A stretch of DNA of 64,000 nt from Sarea resinae (lineage: Eukaryota): the NCBI GenBank assembly GCA_026026165.1, contig JAPEUD010000064.1, positions 1-64,000 on the forward strand. The letters run 5' to 3'. Shown piece by piece: positions 1-11,884 of the stretch; the first letter of the stretch is position 1; each line of letters begins with the position of its first letter. A program made the translations under genes and the position numbers. Below the pieces are notes generated by a model that made no database searches, was not told where the DNA came from, and was given only the letters and a program-made list of their open reading frames with translations.

Positions 1-244
1 GGAGAGACGGGATAGGCAGAGAAGGGAGGGAGGGAGGGAGGGAGAGGGCCGGGTTACCTACTAGATTAGTAGATGGCCTACTTACCTACTAGATGTACCT
101 ATCCAATCACTACACAGACAAGTTGAAAGGTAAAAGGTGAAAAGGTGAAAGAAAGGTGAAAAGTGAAAGGTGAGAGTGAAGATATGAAAAGTGAGCCTGA
201 GAAATTGACTGGATATAGAATACGCTAAATGTGGCCCTAGATAA

Positions 245-374
245 AGAGGAAGAGGAAGAGGAAGAGGAAGAGGAAGGTGTAATCCAAAACCCTCCTCTCC
301 TCTCCTCTCCTCTCCTCTCTTCTTCCTCTTTCCAAAAGATCAAAAAAAAAAAAAACTACCGCTTACACCACCAC
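245..374. repeat. Simple repeats (GAAGAG)n, (CTCTC)n, A15, (CAC)n
   Basis: Seen directly downstream of the first gene. Confidence 0.9.
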
Positions 375-430
375 CACCACTACCGCTTCTACCGCTGCCT
401 CTTCTACCACATCTGGCCCCTTTCTTCCTT

Positions 431-714
431 CTAGGCCAGCTCTCTCTCCCGCCGCCGCTCCGCCTTGGCAGCCGCTAGCCGCTCCTGCTCCCTGCTTTTT
501 AGGAGAGCCCAGTTGGCGGAGACGAACGAGAGCACGGACGCGGGATCGCGTTTGTAGATGTCGAGGAGGTTGGTGGGTGTGGTGGTGCTGGGTGTGGTAG
601 TGGCGGTGCTGTCCGGGGCGAGGGTGGAGGCGAGGGCGGGTTCAGGAGTCAGGAATGCCGAGTCACGAATCGCGAGGCGGAGTTCTCTGTCACTATCATT
701 ATCATGATCATTAT

Positions 715-747
<33 letters not shown>

Positions 748-1834
748 AGCCACCACGGCCACGGCCACGGCCAACGTCCACGTCCACGTCAACGTCAACG
801 TCAACGTCAACCCATCTCCTGATAGCCCTGATGACAAGATTCAGCCGCTCGCCCTTTAGCGGCACGACCGCGGCGATGCGCGCCCACATGTCCGCTTCGC
901 ACGTTTGCAGCTCCCACTGCGCCATCTTGGCCTCGTAGGCGGCGCGCTGCGAGAACCGATCGAGCGCTTCCGAGAGCACCGTCTCGCGCGTCATGGCATC
1001 GGGCGCTTTTTCTCCTTTGTCGTCTTGAGCGGCTTTGCCCGGGGCGGCCTCGCCTGGGGCGGCGAGGTCGGCGCAATGCGCGGGCAGCCATTCGTTGACA
1101 AAGTCTCGGAACATCGGCCGCTGCCGCAGTCGCTGCCGATCGTTCGCTTTCAACGTCGCCTTGACGTAGGCGTCGGGCCGGAAGAAGCGCGAGCGCGCCG
1201 CGTAGCTGTACAGCTCGTGGGTCGAGTCGAAGCCGGCGCTGTACGTCTCCGGGTCGAGGCCGAGGAACTGCAGCGTGGCGACCGGGTCGCTGGTCAGGAA
1301 CAGCAGGCTCGCTTTGCGGTTCTGCGCCTCGATGGTCGCGATGCGCACGTGCAGGCCGACGTCGTTGGCCGTGAGCCCGAACGGCCGGATGCCGGTCCCG
1401 AGGATGTTCCAGAGGTCGCCGTGCGAGGCCTTGAAGAGCTCCCAGTCAAAGGCGCCGGGCTTGCAGCGGTGCACGTCGAGCTGCACGTGCGGGTTCCCCT
1501 TTTGTTCTTGCTCTGATAGCGAGCCACGCGGGAACGGGATCGCGAAGTGCATCATTGAGCTGTGGCCTCCAGGACACAGGCTTCGCGTTGCGCCGAGCGC
1601 GTGGGCGAGATCCTCGATCGTGAAGGAGTCATGGGGCCCGTCGACTAAAATGTCGATGTCGCCGTGAGACGTTTTGTTGGGTGGTTCGCTGGCGACGGAC
1701 ACGTCGGTATAGAAGCTCGATAGAATTAGGGAGAACTCATCGCTCAGAGAGTGGTAGAGGGCCGGGGAAAGTCTGGGGGTGTTCAGGGCAGGCTCGCCGT
1801 GCCGCCCGCGAGTTGCGAATACGGAGCCACCCAT
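431..1834 (-). CDS. Intronless Pol beta-superfamily nucleotidyltransferase-like protein (minimal Pol X palm/thumb-like), function unknown
   Basis: 467-aa ORF with strong GC3 bias. It starts MGGSVF and contains SHGDIDILV (GDxD), a third acidic residue in HVQLDVH, GLTANDVGL and LQFLGLDP. Confidence 0.75.
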
Positions 1835-2355
1835 TGCGACGCATAAGGGGGAGTTGTGGACGTGAGGTGTCGGAAGTGAAGATGGACATGGCTGAAAGGC
1901 TGATATTGATCAGTTGTGATGAATTATTCCTGTCTAGGCTGCAGCCTCTTTGTATTGCTCTCGTTGTTGTTGCGCCAGCGGGTCAGGGCGTGCGGCCATG
2001 CATGAGGCATGCAGACGAACAACAGACGAGACGATTCGCTGGTATGACGAAGGGATCGCCGTCACAGCGAAAAGCTCCAAGCCTGAGCTTACTGGGGGAT
2101 CTGGACGGTACGGGAAAAGCACTAAACAATAAGTACTCGGGAGCTCCATCGGCGTACCTCTTCACGCTCCCTCACGACCGAGGAACCTCCATCATTTCAC
2201 CACCTACATACGTCCAAGTACCCCGGCGTAAACACTTACGCTCGACCCTTCTCAAATCTCTTAAATTATTCTCTGGCGCCCCATTATTATTCTCCTCCTC
2301 TTCCCTCTACCATTCACCTCTTGCTACCCATTCAATCGATTCTTTATCTTGCAAG

Positions 2356-3496
2356 ATGTCGGACGATATGCTTGAGACGAATGTCACGTACGAAGAGCTC
2401 GCTGAGCTGGAGAAGGATTTCGATGAGGTCGAAACTGAAATCCGTGAGTTTTTCGCATGGGAGCTCTTCTGTCGTTTGCGCCAAGGATCGTGCTAATAGG
2501 TTGCAGTCCGCAAACAATACGCCCTCAGTGTGCCCCTCTACGAGAAGCGCCAGAAGATCATCTCTCAGATTCCCAATTTCTGGGCCCTCGTTCTTGAGGC
2601 GGCGCCGCTCGAGCTCGACCAGTACATCCAGCCCTCGGACTCGGCCGTGCTTGCATCAAGCTTGAAGAACCTCGAGGTCGATCGCTTTGAGATCAAGAAG
2701 GACCCTTCCAAGGGCAACCCCCACAGCGTCTCGATCAAATTCGAGTTCTCCGAGAACGAGTGGTTCAAGAACGAAGTGTTGGAGAAGAAGTTCTGGTTCC
2801 GTCACGCCAAGGATGGATGGTCCGGCCTGGTTTCCGAGCCCGTCAAGATCAACTGGAAGAAGGACAAGGACTTGACCGAGGGCTTGACGGATGCGGCCTT
2901 TAAGTTGTGGGAGGCGGAGAAGAAGACGGCGAATGGGTCGAGCGCAAAGGGAAAGGATAAGAAAGAGCCGATCCAAGAACACAAGGATCTGGTCAAATTG
3001 GTTGAGGACTCGACCGAAGGCTCGATGAGCTTCTTTGCTTGGTTCTGCTTCCGCGGTCGAGATGTCAGCGCCGAGGAATCCGTCGAGGCGGAGAAGGAAG
3101 AAAAGGAAAGAAGGGAGAAGATCAAGAAGGGCGAGAAAGTCGAGAGTAAGGAAGACGATGATGACGACGATGATGAGGAGGAATCATGGCTGGAGCGGGA
3201 ATTCTTCCCTCAGGGTGAGGAATTGGCCGTCTCATTGAGCGAAGACATCTGGCCTGGCGCCATCAAATACTTTAGTACGTTGAATGTTGCCATCCTTCAT
3301 TGATGCTTCACCCAACTAATCCATCATAGCACAAGCTCAAGAACAAGAGGCCCTCTCGGAGGCCGACTTCGAAGATGATGAAGACGACGACGATGACGAG
3401 GAGATGAATATCGATGAGCTCAAGAAGTTGGTGGCCAAGAAGGAGGAAGAAGAAGACGCCGACAGCGACCGGCCCGCGAAGAAGAGAAAGGCCTAG
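2356..3496 (+). CDS. NAP-family histone chaperone (Vps75/SET-like); exons 2356-2443, 2507-3274, 3330-3496
   Basis: Motifs PLYEKRQKIISQIPNFW, FEFSENEWFKNEVLEKKF, SFFAWF and EDIWPGAIKYF. It has an acidic tail ending RPAKKRKA (NLS-like), and the splice sites keep the frame. Confidence 0.9.
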
Positions 3497-4237
3497 AGTG
3501 GCTGTGCGTTGGAGATGCGAGACGGGGCTTGGAAGCGTTTGCTGTACAATAAAGCCTTCTTCCATCGCAGCCTTGGTGAGGGCTATACGGATGACCCCGT
3601 TGTAAGATGGTTGCTGTTGGTGGAGATACCTTGCCTTGCTTCGAAGAGACTAAAGTTGTAGGATAGTATTTACAGTAGTCTTTGATCTGTAGCTTCCCGT
3701 GAACATGTATGGATTTGCCTGGATATCAATATGATTGTTTACCTCGCCAGGTACCGATAACGAGAGCTTCATTGCTTTTCCTTTCCTGTCGCCCAAGACC
3801 CCAAGTCGCTTGTCCCGAGTCGGCAAGGTTCGCCGATTCTCGGCCTCGTTCCTAGCCAAGTGCACTCATGCACTCATCCCGGCATCGATCCCAGCGCAAA
3901 TGTCGTATCCGTCCCGGGGGTCGAAAGAATTCCGATCAAAGGGAAAAGCGCCTTCATTTGTTACATGCTGTATTAGAATCCTTCGTCCTCGCCGTGCTTG
4001 TTTCGCGCTGACTGTACGCTGCCTTTTGCGAGATCCCCGCTCTATTTTCAATTGAATGCTAGTTGCTGCTAGAGGAAGCAAGCTCTTTCTTTTTTGGTGA
4101 TAGATTGCATGAGAATTGCTGTTGGCATCTATGGTGCTTGAATTTGCCCTGCTGGTACCACGCACATTGCTGTTCTTACTTGGAGAAGACTGCTACAAGT
4201 GTCGCTCTTGTTGTTGATACCCTGCGATTCATTCATA

Positions 4238-6169
4238 ATGCCGGAACTTCTCAGAACAGTGTCGAACACGATGCCCGAATTGGCCAGGACAGTGTCGAAT
4301 ACCCCCGAGTCAAGGGTTCTCGTCATCATGACCGGTGCGTTCTGGCATCTATGTCGTGTGCAAGATGAAGCTCATCCTCGATACAGGTGGAACTATTTGC
4401 ATGAAGCGGTCTGCGGAAGGATATATTCCAGTACGATCTTTTGTTTTGTTTCCTTTGAATATTCCAGGAAAAGCCGACAGCGCCCGCCCATGAGCCCACG
4501 GCTGATAGATGCTCCTCGTAGGCAAGAGGTTTCCTGGCAGACGGCATGGCGCCTCGTCCATCTTTCAACGATGGATCTCCCCCGGACTCTCTCGATGTCA
4601 TGGTTGACGACGACATCAAGAGCCCCTTGCCCAGCCTGCGGACGCCCTTGAGCACGTACGGACGACGAGTCAAATACGCCGTCCTCGAGTTCGAGGAGCT
4701 CCTCGACAGCAGCTCGATCGACGCCAAAGGCTGGACGCAGATCGCCAAAGCCATTGAGCGCAACTACCAGCTCTTCGACTCCTTCGTCGTCCTCCACGGC
4801 ACGGACTCGCTCGCGTATACCTGCTCGGCCCTCTCCTTTATGCTCCAGAATCTCGGCAAGCCGGTCATCTTGACGGGCTCGCAGGCGCCCATGTCGGAGC
4901 TCCAGAACGACGCCACCGACAACCTGCTGGGCTCCCTTATCATTGCGGGCCACTTTATGATCCCCGAGGTCTGTCTCTTCTTCAACTATAAGCTCTTCCG
5001 CGGCAACCGAGCGATGAAGATTTCGGCGGATGACTTTGCCGCTTTTGCCTCGCCGAACTATCCGCCGCTGGCGACCATTACTTCTCTGCGGACGGACGTC
5101 GCGTGGAATCTGGTAAGTCGACCCGTCGACATGCATCCTTTTAGTATTCAATCCAACTTGGATACCACCCATGTGGCCTGTCTTCGGATCTTCCCTGGAA
5201 TCACCCCGGCAATGGTTGATGCCGTTCTCCGGGTCGAGGGACTGAAGGGGCTTGTCCTGGAGACTTTTGGCGCCGGGAACGCCCCCGGGGGTCCAGATAG
5301 TGCGCTTACCAGAGCGATCGGCGACGCGATCAGGAGGGGGATCGTCATCGTCAACGTCACACAATGTAAGGAAGGAGGTCCGTCCCGCAGAGACTTTTTT
5401 ATTAACAGTTAATAAAAAAGGCATGACGGGCTCCGTCTCACCGCTCTACGCGCCGGCCACCGTCCTCGGCAAGACGGGCGTCGTCTTCGGCCACGACATG
5501 ACGAGCGAGGCCGCGCTGACCAAATTGTCGTATCTGCTCGCGTTACCGGACACGTCGGCTGAGCAGGTGGCCAAGCTGATGTCCATGTCGCTGCGCGGCG
5601 AGCTCGACGAGTCGCCGTTGACTTATTTTCATCACCCGAACGGCACGCTGACGCCCAAGCTCACCAGCCTGACCGCCTTGGGCTATGCGATTGCCAAGGG
5701 TGATTTGGCTGAGGTCAGAGAGATAATGAGGGCCGAGCATAGCTGGTTGTTGAATGAGGCTGATTACTCGGGGAACACGCCGATGGTGAGCTTGTGTTTT
5801 GTATTTGTCGCCCATCATCTGTTATCCACTATTCGTTATCTATCATCCATCACCCATCATCCATCTCCCATCCGTCCATCCTACCCCACAACCATCAAAT
5901 GACTAACACCCACCCAGCACCTCGCCTCGACCTCGCCCTCCCTCTCCATCCTGCACGACTTCCTCTCCCAAGGCGCCTCCGTGCACCTGCGCAACGGCAA
6001 CGGCCACACGCCCCTTTTCCTCGCGGCAGCCGCCGGCCGCGCCGAGAACGTCAAGCTGCTCCGCCATTCGGGCGCCCATCTGCATGCCGAGGAGGTCGAG
6101 ATGGCGAGACGGCTGAGCGGTGGAGCGACGGGGGCGGCGAGGGCGGTGTGGGAGGCGGCCGGGGTGTGA
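4238..6169 (+). CDS. Type I L-asparaginase/lysophospholipase with C-terminal ankyrin repeats; introns approx. 4335-4386, 4431-4521, 5366-5420, 5786-5917
   Basis: Splicing gives TGGTICM. Further motifs are LDSSSI, HGTDSLAY, PVILTGSQ and DMTSEAALTKL, plus ankyrin motifs GNTPMHLA and GHTPLFLAA. Confidence 0.93.
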
Positions 6170-6408
6170 GTGAGGGCAGGGGGAAAAGGGGAGGGAGGAT
6201 GTGAGATCTTTTTTCTTCATGACGATGACGACGAGACGACGACGACGACGACGATGAGGGCCACTACCTTTACCGCTTTTCCTATGAATACCTGCACTGT
6301 GATTCTGTATCTTCTTCTCTCCTCTGCCTCTACCGCTACACTACTGTATACGACCATATGTCACGATATACCAGCACATACCCACTTCTCTAGAATCTTC
6401 CAACCTTG

Positions 6409-6429
6409 ACACACACACACACACACACA

Positions 6430-6468
<39 letters not shown>
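6409..6468. repeat. Compound microsatellite (AC)n(CT)n
   Basis: Seen directly. Confidence 0.95.
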
Positions 6469-6471
<3 letters not shown>

Positions 6472-9192
6472 AAAGTAAACAGACCTCTCCTCTACCCCCA
6501 GTGTAGAGAAAGGAAGAAGTTAGAGCAAGCAAGGAACTAAATAGAAGTTGAATCTAACAAAAACCTTTCTTACACATTTCCACTCTCCCCTCTCCACTCT
6601 CCAGCAAATCAACAGCCCAAGTTTGCGCGTACGCCTTCTCAGTGGTCTCACCAACCAATCAATCCATCAATCACTCACTCACTCACTCGGGTCGCCTCTT
6701 TCTCTCTTTCTTTAGCGTTGCATCAAAGGAAATCACACCTTGCCTTTGTTTCCTGAAGGATGAGAGTAAATGAGAATAGCTCGGTACCTAAGTATAGTGT
6801 GGTATGGTACCGTATGTTTTGTAGGACTACTGTAGTAGAGGTTAGAAAAGCCAAGGGACTCTTCGTAGGACTAGAGGTCAGATAGACAGAGCTCGATACA
6901 AAGATTCCCATCACAGGCCAGGCCATGCATGCCAGGCCAGGCGAAGACGAGCTTGGAAGTAAGGGAGGTAGTCCTTGTCCTGCTGATGAAGCGAGTAGCA
7001 GAAGAAGGTCTTTCAAGAAGAGAATGACAAAAGCAAGGTCCTACCTACCCATACGAGCAATTCCCTTCTCAAGCCCATCCATCCAGATAGATCCGTGGCT
7101 CCGATGACGACTATCGGCATATCACAGTAGTCTGGATCCATGCACACACTGAGACGGGGCCTCGAGAAAGAAGTACGAAATCGGAATGAAAGAGACCATG
7201 GATCTTCCATGGGCAATCGAAGCTACGTACCTTCGGTAGGGAGTCATCGAAGCCTCTTCATGAGGAGCACCAAGAAGAAGCGAGAAGGGCGTTCTTGTTG
7301 TTTTGGTTGTGTTTGCGTGGTGGGGGTTGTGTTGATGATGGTGGCAGCATCGAGTGGGTTTACTATACTGCTACTACAGTGTATACCTACCTTAGGTAGG
7401 TGCACGTGGTGAGATGCGATGCGATGAGAGTGGAGGATCCGACGGGTTTCGGAAATCACCTAGGTCAGCTTGGACTGGACTGGACTGTCCCTTGGGCACT
7501 GGGGTTTCCTCTATGTTGTCCGAGATCCTCTCAATATGAAGAAGAGTGGAGCGTTTAGGTAAGACGGGGAGTTGTAGAGGGGACCGTACGGAGTAGAGGG
7601 GACGGTAAGGTAGTCGAGGGGGAGAGAGTGGTAGAGTGGTCGAGCGGTCTCGTATCTGGATAGGTATGTAGTCGGTACGTGGAGTTTCTATTAGTTGGTA
7701 TGCAGTGACTTGGTACTGGATACTCGGTACGTGATGGTCCGAGATCTGCTCGGTCTAGTGGTAGTGAGAAGCTTACCTGGAGGTCAGGTACCTGTGGTTT
7801 AGGCAGGCAGAGGTCCGGTAGCGACCAGTGGAGGGGAGGGGAGGGCACGAGAGGGCACGAGAGGGCGTGCGGCCAGCGAGTGGTTGGGAGAGAAGAGAGA
7901 AGAGAGAAGAGAGGAGGATACAACTTGGCTCTCATGATGATGATGATGATGATGAGAATCAATACTACTACGGCTACTGCTGCGACTACTGCTCCCACTG
8001 CGGCGACTAGCAGACGGTCCATGAAATCTCTGACTCGGCCCCTCCCACAGTCAGGCAAGAGGGCCAGCTCGACGAGGTGCGAGGCAGTTTCTCATACGTA
8101 AGGCCAGCCATGCCCGAGAGGGTGCATCGTGATCTCCGACCGACCGAGGACGACCACCCTCATCTTCATCGTCGTCTTCTTCTCAGATTCGGGACGAGAG
8201 ACGGCCAGACGACGACGACGAATGCCGCACGGGGATTGCGTGATGGTGATGGTGATGGTGATGGCAGGGTCGATCCGTAGGGAGAGATGGCGGCGGATTG
8301 CTCATCATCGTCGTCCATGTCGTTATCACGACCGACGAGACGCACCTCCGCCTACGGTGGTGGCCCCATGGTCCCATCGATGCGTCTCTGGTCCATCGAG
8401 ATGCGCCCGACGCAACTAGACACTGAAGCTCGCGAGGGAGTGAGTAAGAATCAACTCATGGCGCGGACAGGACCGACGATGGCTGAATGATGGACAGATC
8501 AGCCCTGCAGTGCTGCTTCAGCTGCTAACGGCCAGTCTACTGAGCACCATGTCCGGTAGCACTACATAGTAGAGTACTATCGATGTAGTACCCCTCCACC
8601 CTCGACCCCTCTACATGGTGCTGGCCTTACCCCTCTACCATCTCCCTCGTCCCTCCGCCTCCGCTCTCCGCTCTCCACGTAGGTTAGGCTGACTTCGTCC
8701 AAATATTCATGTCGTCGCTCGGTCGATGTGTAATGGGAACCCAGACCCGGTTGAGCTCATGTAATGAAGGACGACCGCCGTGATCCTATTTCTTCATTTC
8801 TTCTCTCTTCTTCTGCCACGATGAACCTGCTCGGCTGCCACGCGGACCTCGTCTGCTCTTGATGATTGATTCCTCGTCGTGATCTCCATCTGAGACCCCG
8901 ATCTCTCCATGCTCGCATGACGGACGCACGCACCAACGCCCATCTTTGTTTACTTTTTCCCCAATTCACGCCGACCCGGTCCAGGACAGGCCAGGACAAG
9001 GACGCTCCCTGCATGGTCCCTGTCCGGCAGGAATCCCTTTGCTTCCTCGCGCATCGTCTCCGAAGCGGTCGGGTTTGAGCCTTGATCCTTGCGACTTGAG
9101 ATATTAAAAGCATACCTCTTGCGTGCCGATAAAACGCACCCGATCGCTCGTCTCTCGCAAAGAACAAGACCTCCCCCCCTCCAGTCCCCCGA

Positions 9193-10192
9193 ATGCCCAG
9201 CAAGACCATCGTGCTGGTCAACTCCACCGGTCGACAGGCCGCCAGCATCGCGCGCGTCGCCTCCGCCGTCGGCTACCATGTGCGCGCCCAGCTGCGGTCC
9301 AAGGACGGCATCGTGGCCCAGGAGCTCGAGGAGCTGGCCAACGTGACGCTCGTCGTGGGCTCGCTCGAGGATCCGGCTCTCGTGCACGGCCTCTTCGCCG
9401 GCGCCCAGCTCGCCTTCATCAACACGACGCACTGGGGCGACGAGGTCGCCATTGGCCGCTCGCTCGCCGACGCCGCCAAACGGGCCGGCGTGCACCATTA
9501 CGTCTACAGCTCGCTGCCGGACCACTCCATCTACGGCCGCGGCTGGCCCGGGCTGCCCATGTGGGCGCCCAAGTTCGCCGTCGAGAACTACATCCGCCAG
9601 ATCGGCCTGCCGGCGACGTTTGTCTACGCGGGCATCTACAACAACAACTTCACGAGCCTGCCGTATCCGCTGTTCGGCATGGAGCTGCAGCCCGACGGCT
9701 CGTTTGTCTGGAAGGCGCCCTTTCACCCGGACCAGCCGCTGCCGTGGCTCGACGCCGAGCACGACGTCGGCCCGGCCGTGCTGCAGCTCTTCAAGGACGG
9801 CCCGCGCAAATGGGCCGGACAGCGGTGAGTCACCTTACGAGTTTGATTGATTTGGTCCCACCGTACTGATTTTCTCGACCAGCATCGCGCTGGCTTTCGA
9901 AGTGCTGTCTCCGCGCGAATGCTGCGCGGCCTTCTCGCGCGGCATCTCGCGCCCGGTGCGCTACGTGCGCGGCGCCATCGAGATCAAGGTGCCGGTGCCG
10001 GCCGGCTACCGCGAGCACCTCGACACGCTGCAGCAGCTGTTCGGCCACTTCCAGGCGCCGTATTTCGGGCCGGACCTGCCGTATCCCGACGAAGCGCTCG
10101 AGCTGTGGGAGGGCTATCGCGGCATCGAGGAGTACGCGCGCGAGGTGTTTCCGGTCGAGGAGCAGGCCAATGGCTTGACCTGGATGTTGTGA
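9193..10192 (+). CDS. nmrA: Nitrogen metabolite repression regulator NmrA; intron 9826-9882
   Basis: Motifs NSTGRQAASI, PMWAPKFAVENY, YAGIYNNNFTSLPYPLF, PWLDAEHDVGP and the C-terminus EEYAREVFPVEEQANGLTWML match Aspergillus NmrA as I recall it. Confidence 0.95.
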
Positions 10193-10859
10193 TTGGGTAT
10201 AAGGTGCTACATGGAAGCTGACGCTGTTCTGGTCCGAGACCAAGTCAGCTGGACATGGAGGTTCTTGGTCCGAGACAAAAGTCAACTGAACGCAGATGTT
10301 ATTTCGGTCTATCAACCAAGTCAATAGCTCGACATGGACATGGACATGGACGTTGTTTCCGTCCTCCCAAACGAGGAGCTGGGAGCAGGGCGCATAGGAC
10401 GCATCCTTTGATTCGGTTTCATGCGGTTGTTCCTCTGTCATTTCCTTTTCGGTTTTCTTCTATTTCCCCTTGTCTGGTCTGCTCGGGTCGGGTCGGGTCG
10501 GGTTAAAGAGGCGTTCTTAGTAGGTAGGTAGGTAGGCAGGCAGGAAGGCAGGAAGGCCTGGAGGAAGGGGCAAAAAGCAAATCTTCTCTTGTGGCCGTCC
10601 GTCATTATTCAACTATCGATAATAGTCGTCTCGTCGTCAATTGTCTTCGTCGTTGTGGTCGTCGTGGTCGTGATTGACATGATTGCCCGATGTGGCCGTC
10701 GTGCTTGATGTGACTGATGTGACTGATGTGATTGATGTGGTGATTGATGTGGTTGTTGTGCTTGACACCGTCGTTGTCCTCGTCGTCGTAATTGTGATTG
10801 TGATTGTGGTGGTGGTTGCCTGATGTGGTTGATGTGAAAGTGATAAATAGTCTGGTATA

Positions 10860-11770
10860 GTCGGGGTCAGTCGACTTAGCTATTTCCCTACCTTACCTAC
10901 CTACCTACCTAACCTTACCTACCTAACCTTACCTGCCTACCTAAGGTAGTAGTCCTTCTATCCTCATATCCTCCTATCCTCCTATCCTACTATACTGATT
11001 CTCTTCTTCTCTTCTTCTATCCTTCTATCCTCTTATTCCTATCCTCTTATTCTTATTCTACTATCTCTCTATCCTATCCTAGCCTATTCTCTTAGCTACT
11101 TCTACTTCTAGTTATTCTATTCTTCTTATTCTCTTACTAGGAATACTTAACTATTAGGGTCTGTGATTAGAGTCTTCTAGTCAGCTAGTTATCTAGTCTA
11201 GTTATATAGTCTAGTTATATAGTCTAGTTGTACACACTTTATATATATAGAGGTAGATAGAGAAGTAGGTAGTAGATAGATAGATAGATAAAGAGGTAGC
11301 CTAAAGTAATTAACAGGCTATACTACAGAAAAGGCAAGTCAGAAAGGAAGAACGAGGTAGGTAAAGTAGTAGAGGAGTAAAAAAAGTAAAGAGAGAGAAA
11401 AAAAAGTAAAAGTAAAGTAGGCTGCTTTTGTCATCAACAAAGTATTGACTCTAAGTTGTGGTTTCTTTCTTTACTCTGTATATATATATTTTTCACTTCT
11501 CTCTCTTCTCAACTCTCGACTCCCTCCTCTTGAGTTCTTCTGTCTTAACATTGTAGGATTCTTCTGATTTTTAGTACTCGTCTTTCTTTCTTGCTCTGCT
11601 AGTTGTACCTGTACTCTAGATCCGCACTTTCTTCACCAAGGTAGGTAGGTGACTTTTCTCTACTGACTTCTTATTCTACTCGTTTTCAATTCTATTCTTC
11701 TACTAAACGTTTCTCTCTCTCTCTCTCTTGAGATAAATCTTACTGACTTCTAGAACTAGCTGGAATTCTA
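10860..11770. repeat. AT/TpA-rich low-complexity tract, RIP-like; includes (TACC)n and a 14-bp tandem TAGTCTAGTTATA unit
   Basis: No ORFs of 60 aa or more. TAG/CTA/TATA are abundant and CA/TG and CG are scarce. Confidence 0.65.
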
Positions 11771-11884
11771 TATGCCGCACTCTTGGTTTCTTGCATCTTT
11801 ATTTCTTTATTCCTTCACTTCTTCACTTTTTCGACATCTTCACTTTCTCGACACCTCTTCATTCCTTTACTCCCTTTTACTCTC

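Noticed and set aside
3815..3843. Hairpin CCGAG-TCGGC..GCCGA-TT-CTCGG
   Set aside because: It is short and isolated, so plausible by chance in GC-rich DNA.
4393..5424. Long antisense ORFs (also 8950-9762, 19642-20811, 53126-54028)
   Set aside because: They are shadows of high-GC3 genes on the opposite strand.
6348..6358. ATACGACCATA, resembling the 5' end of fungal 5S rRNA
   Set aside because: The similarity does not extend downstream.
6400..9100. Short ORFs in long intergenic regions (also 37.8-40.5 kb and 60.4-64 kb)
   Set aside because: They are low-complexity or microsatellite-derived, with no codon bias or domain motifs.
9217..9245. Degenerate Rossmann motif NSTGRQA in NmrA
   Set aside because: This is normal for NmrA, which has NxxGxxA rather than GxxGxxG.
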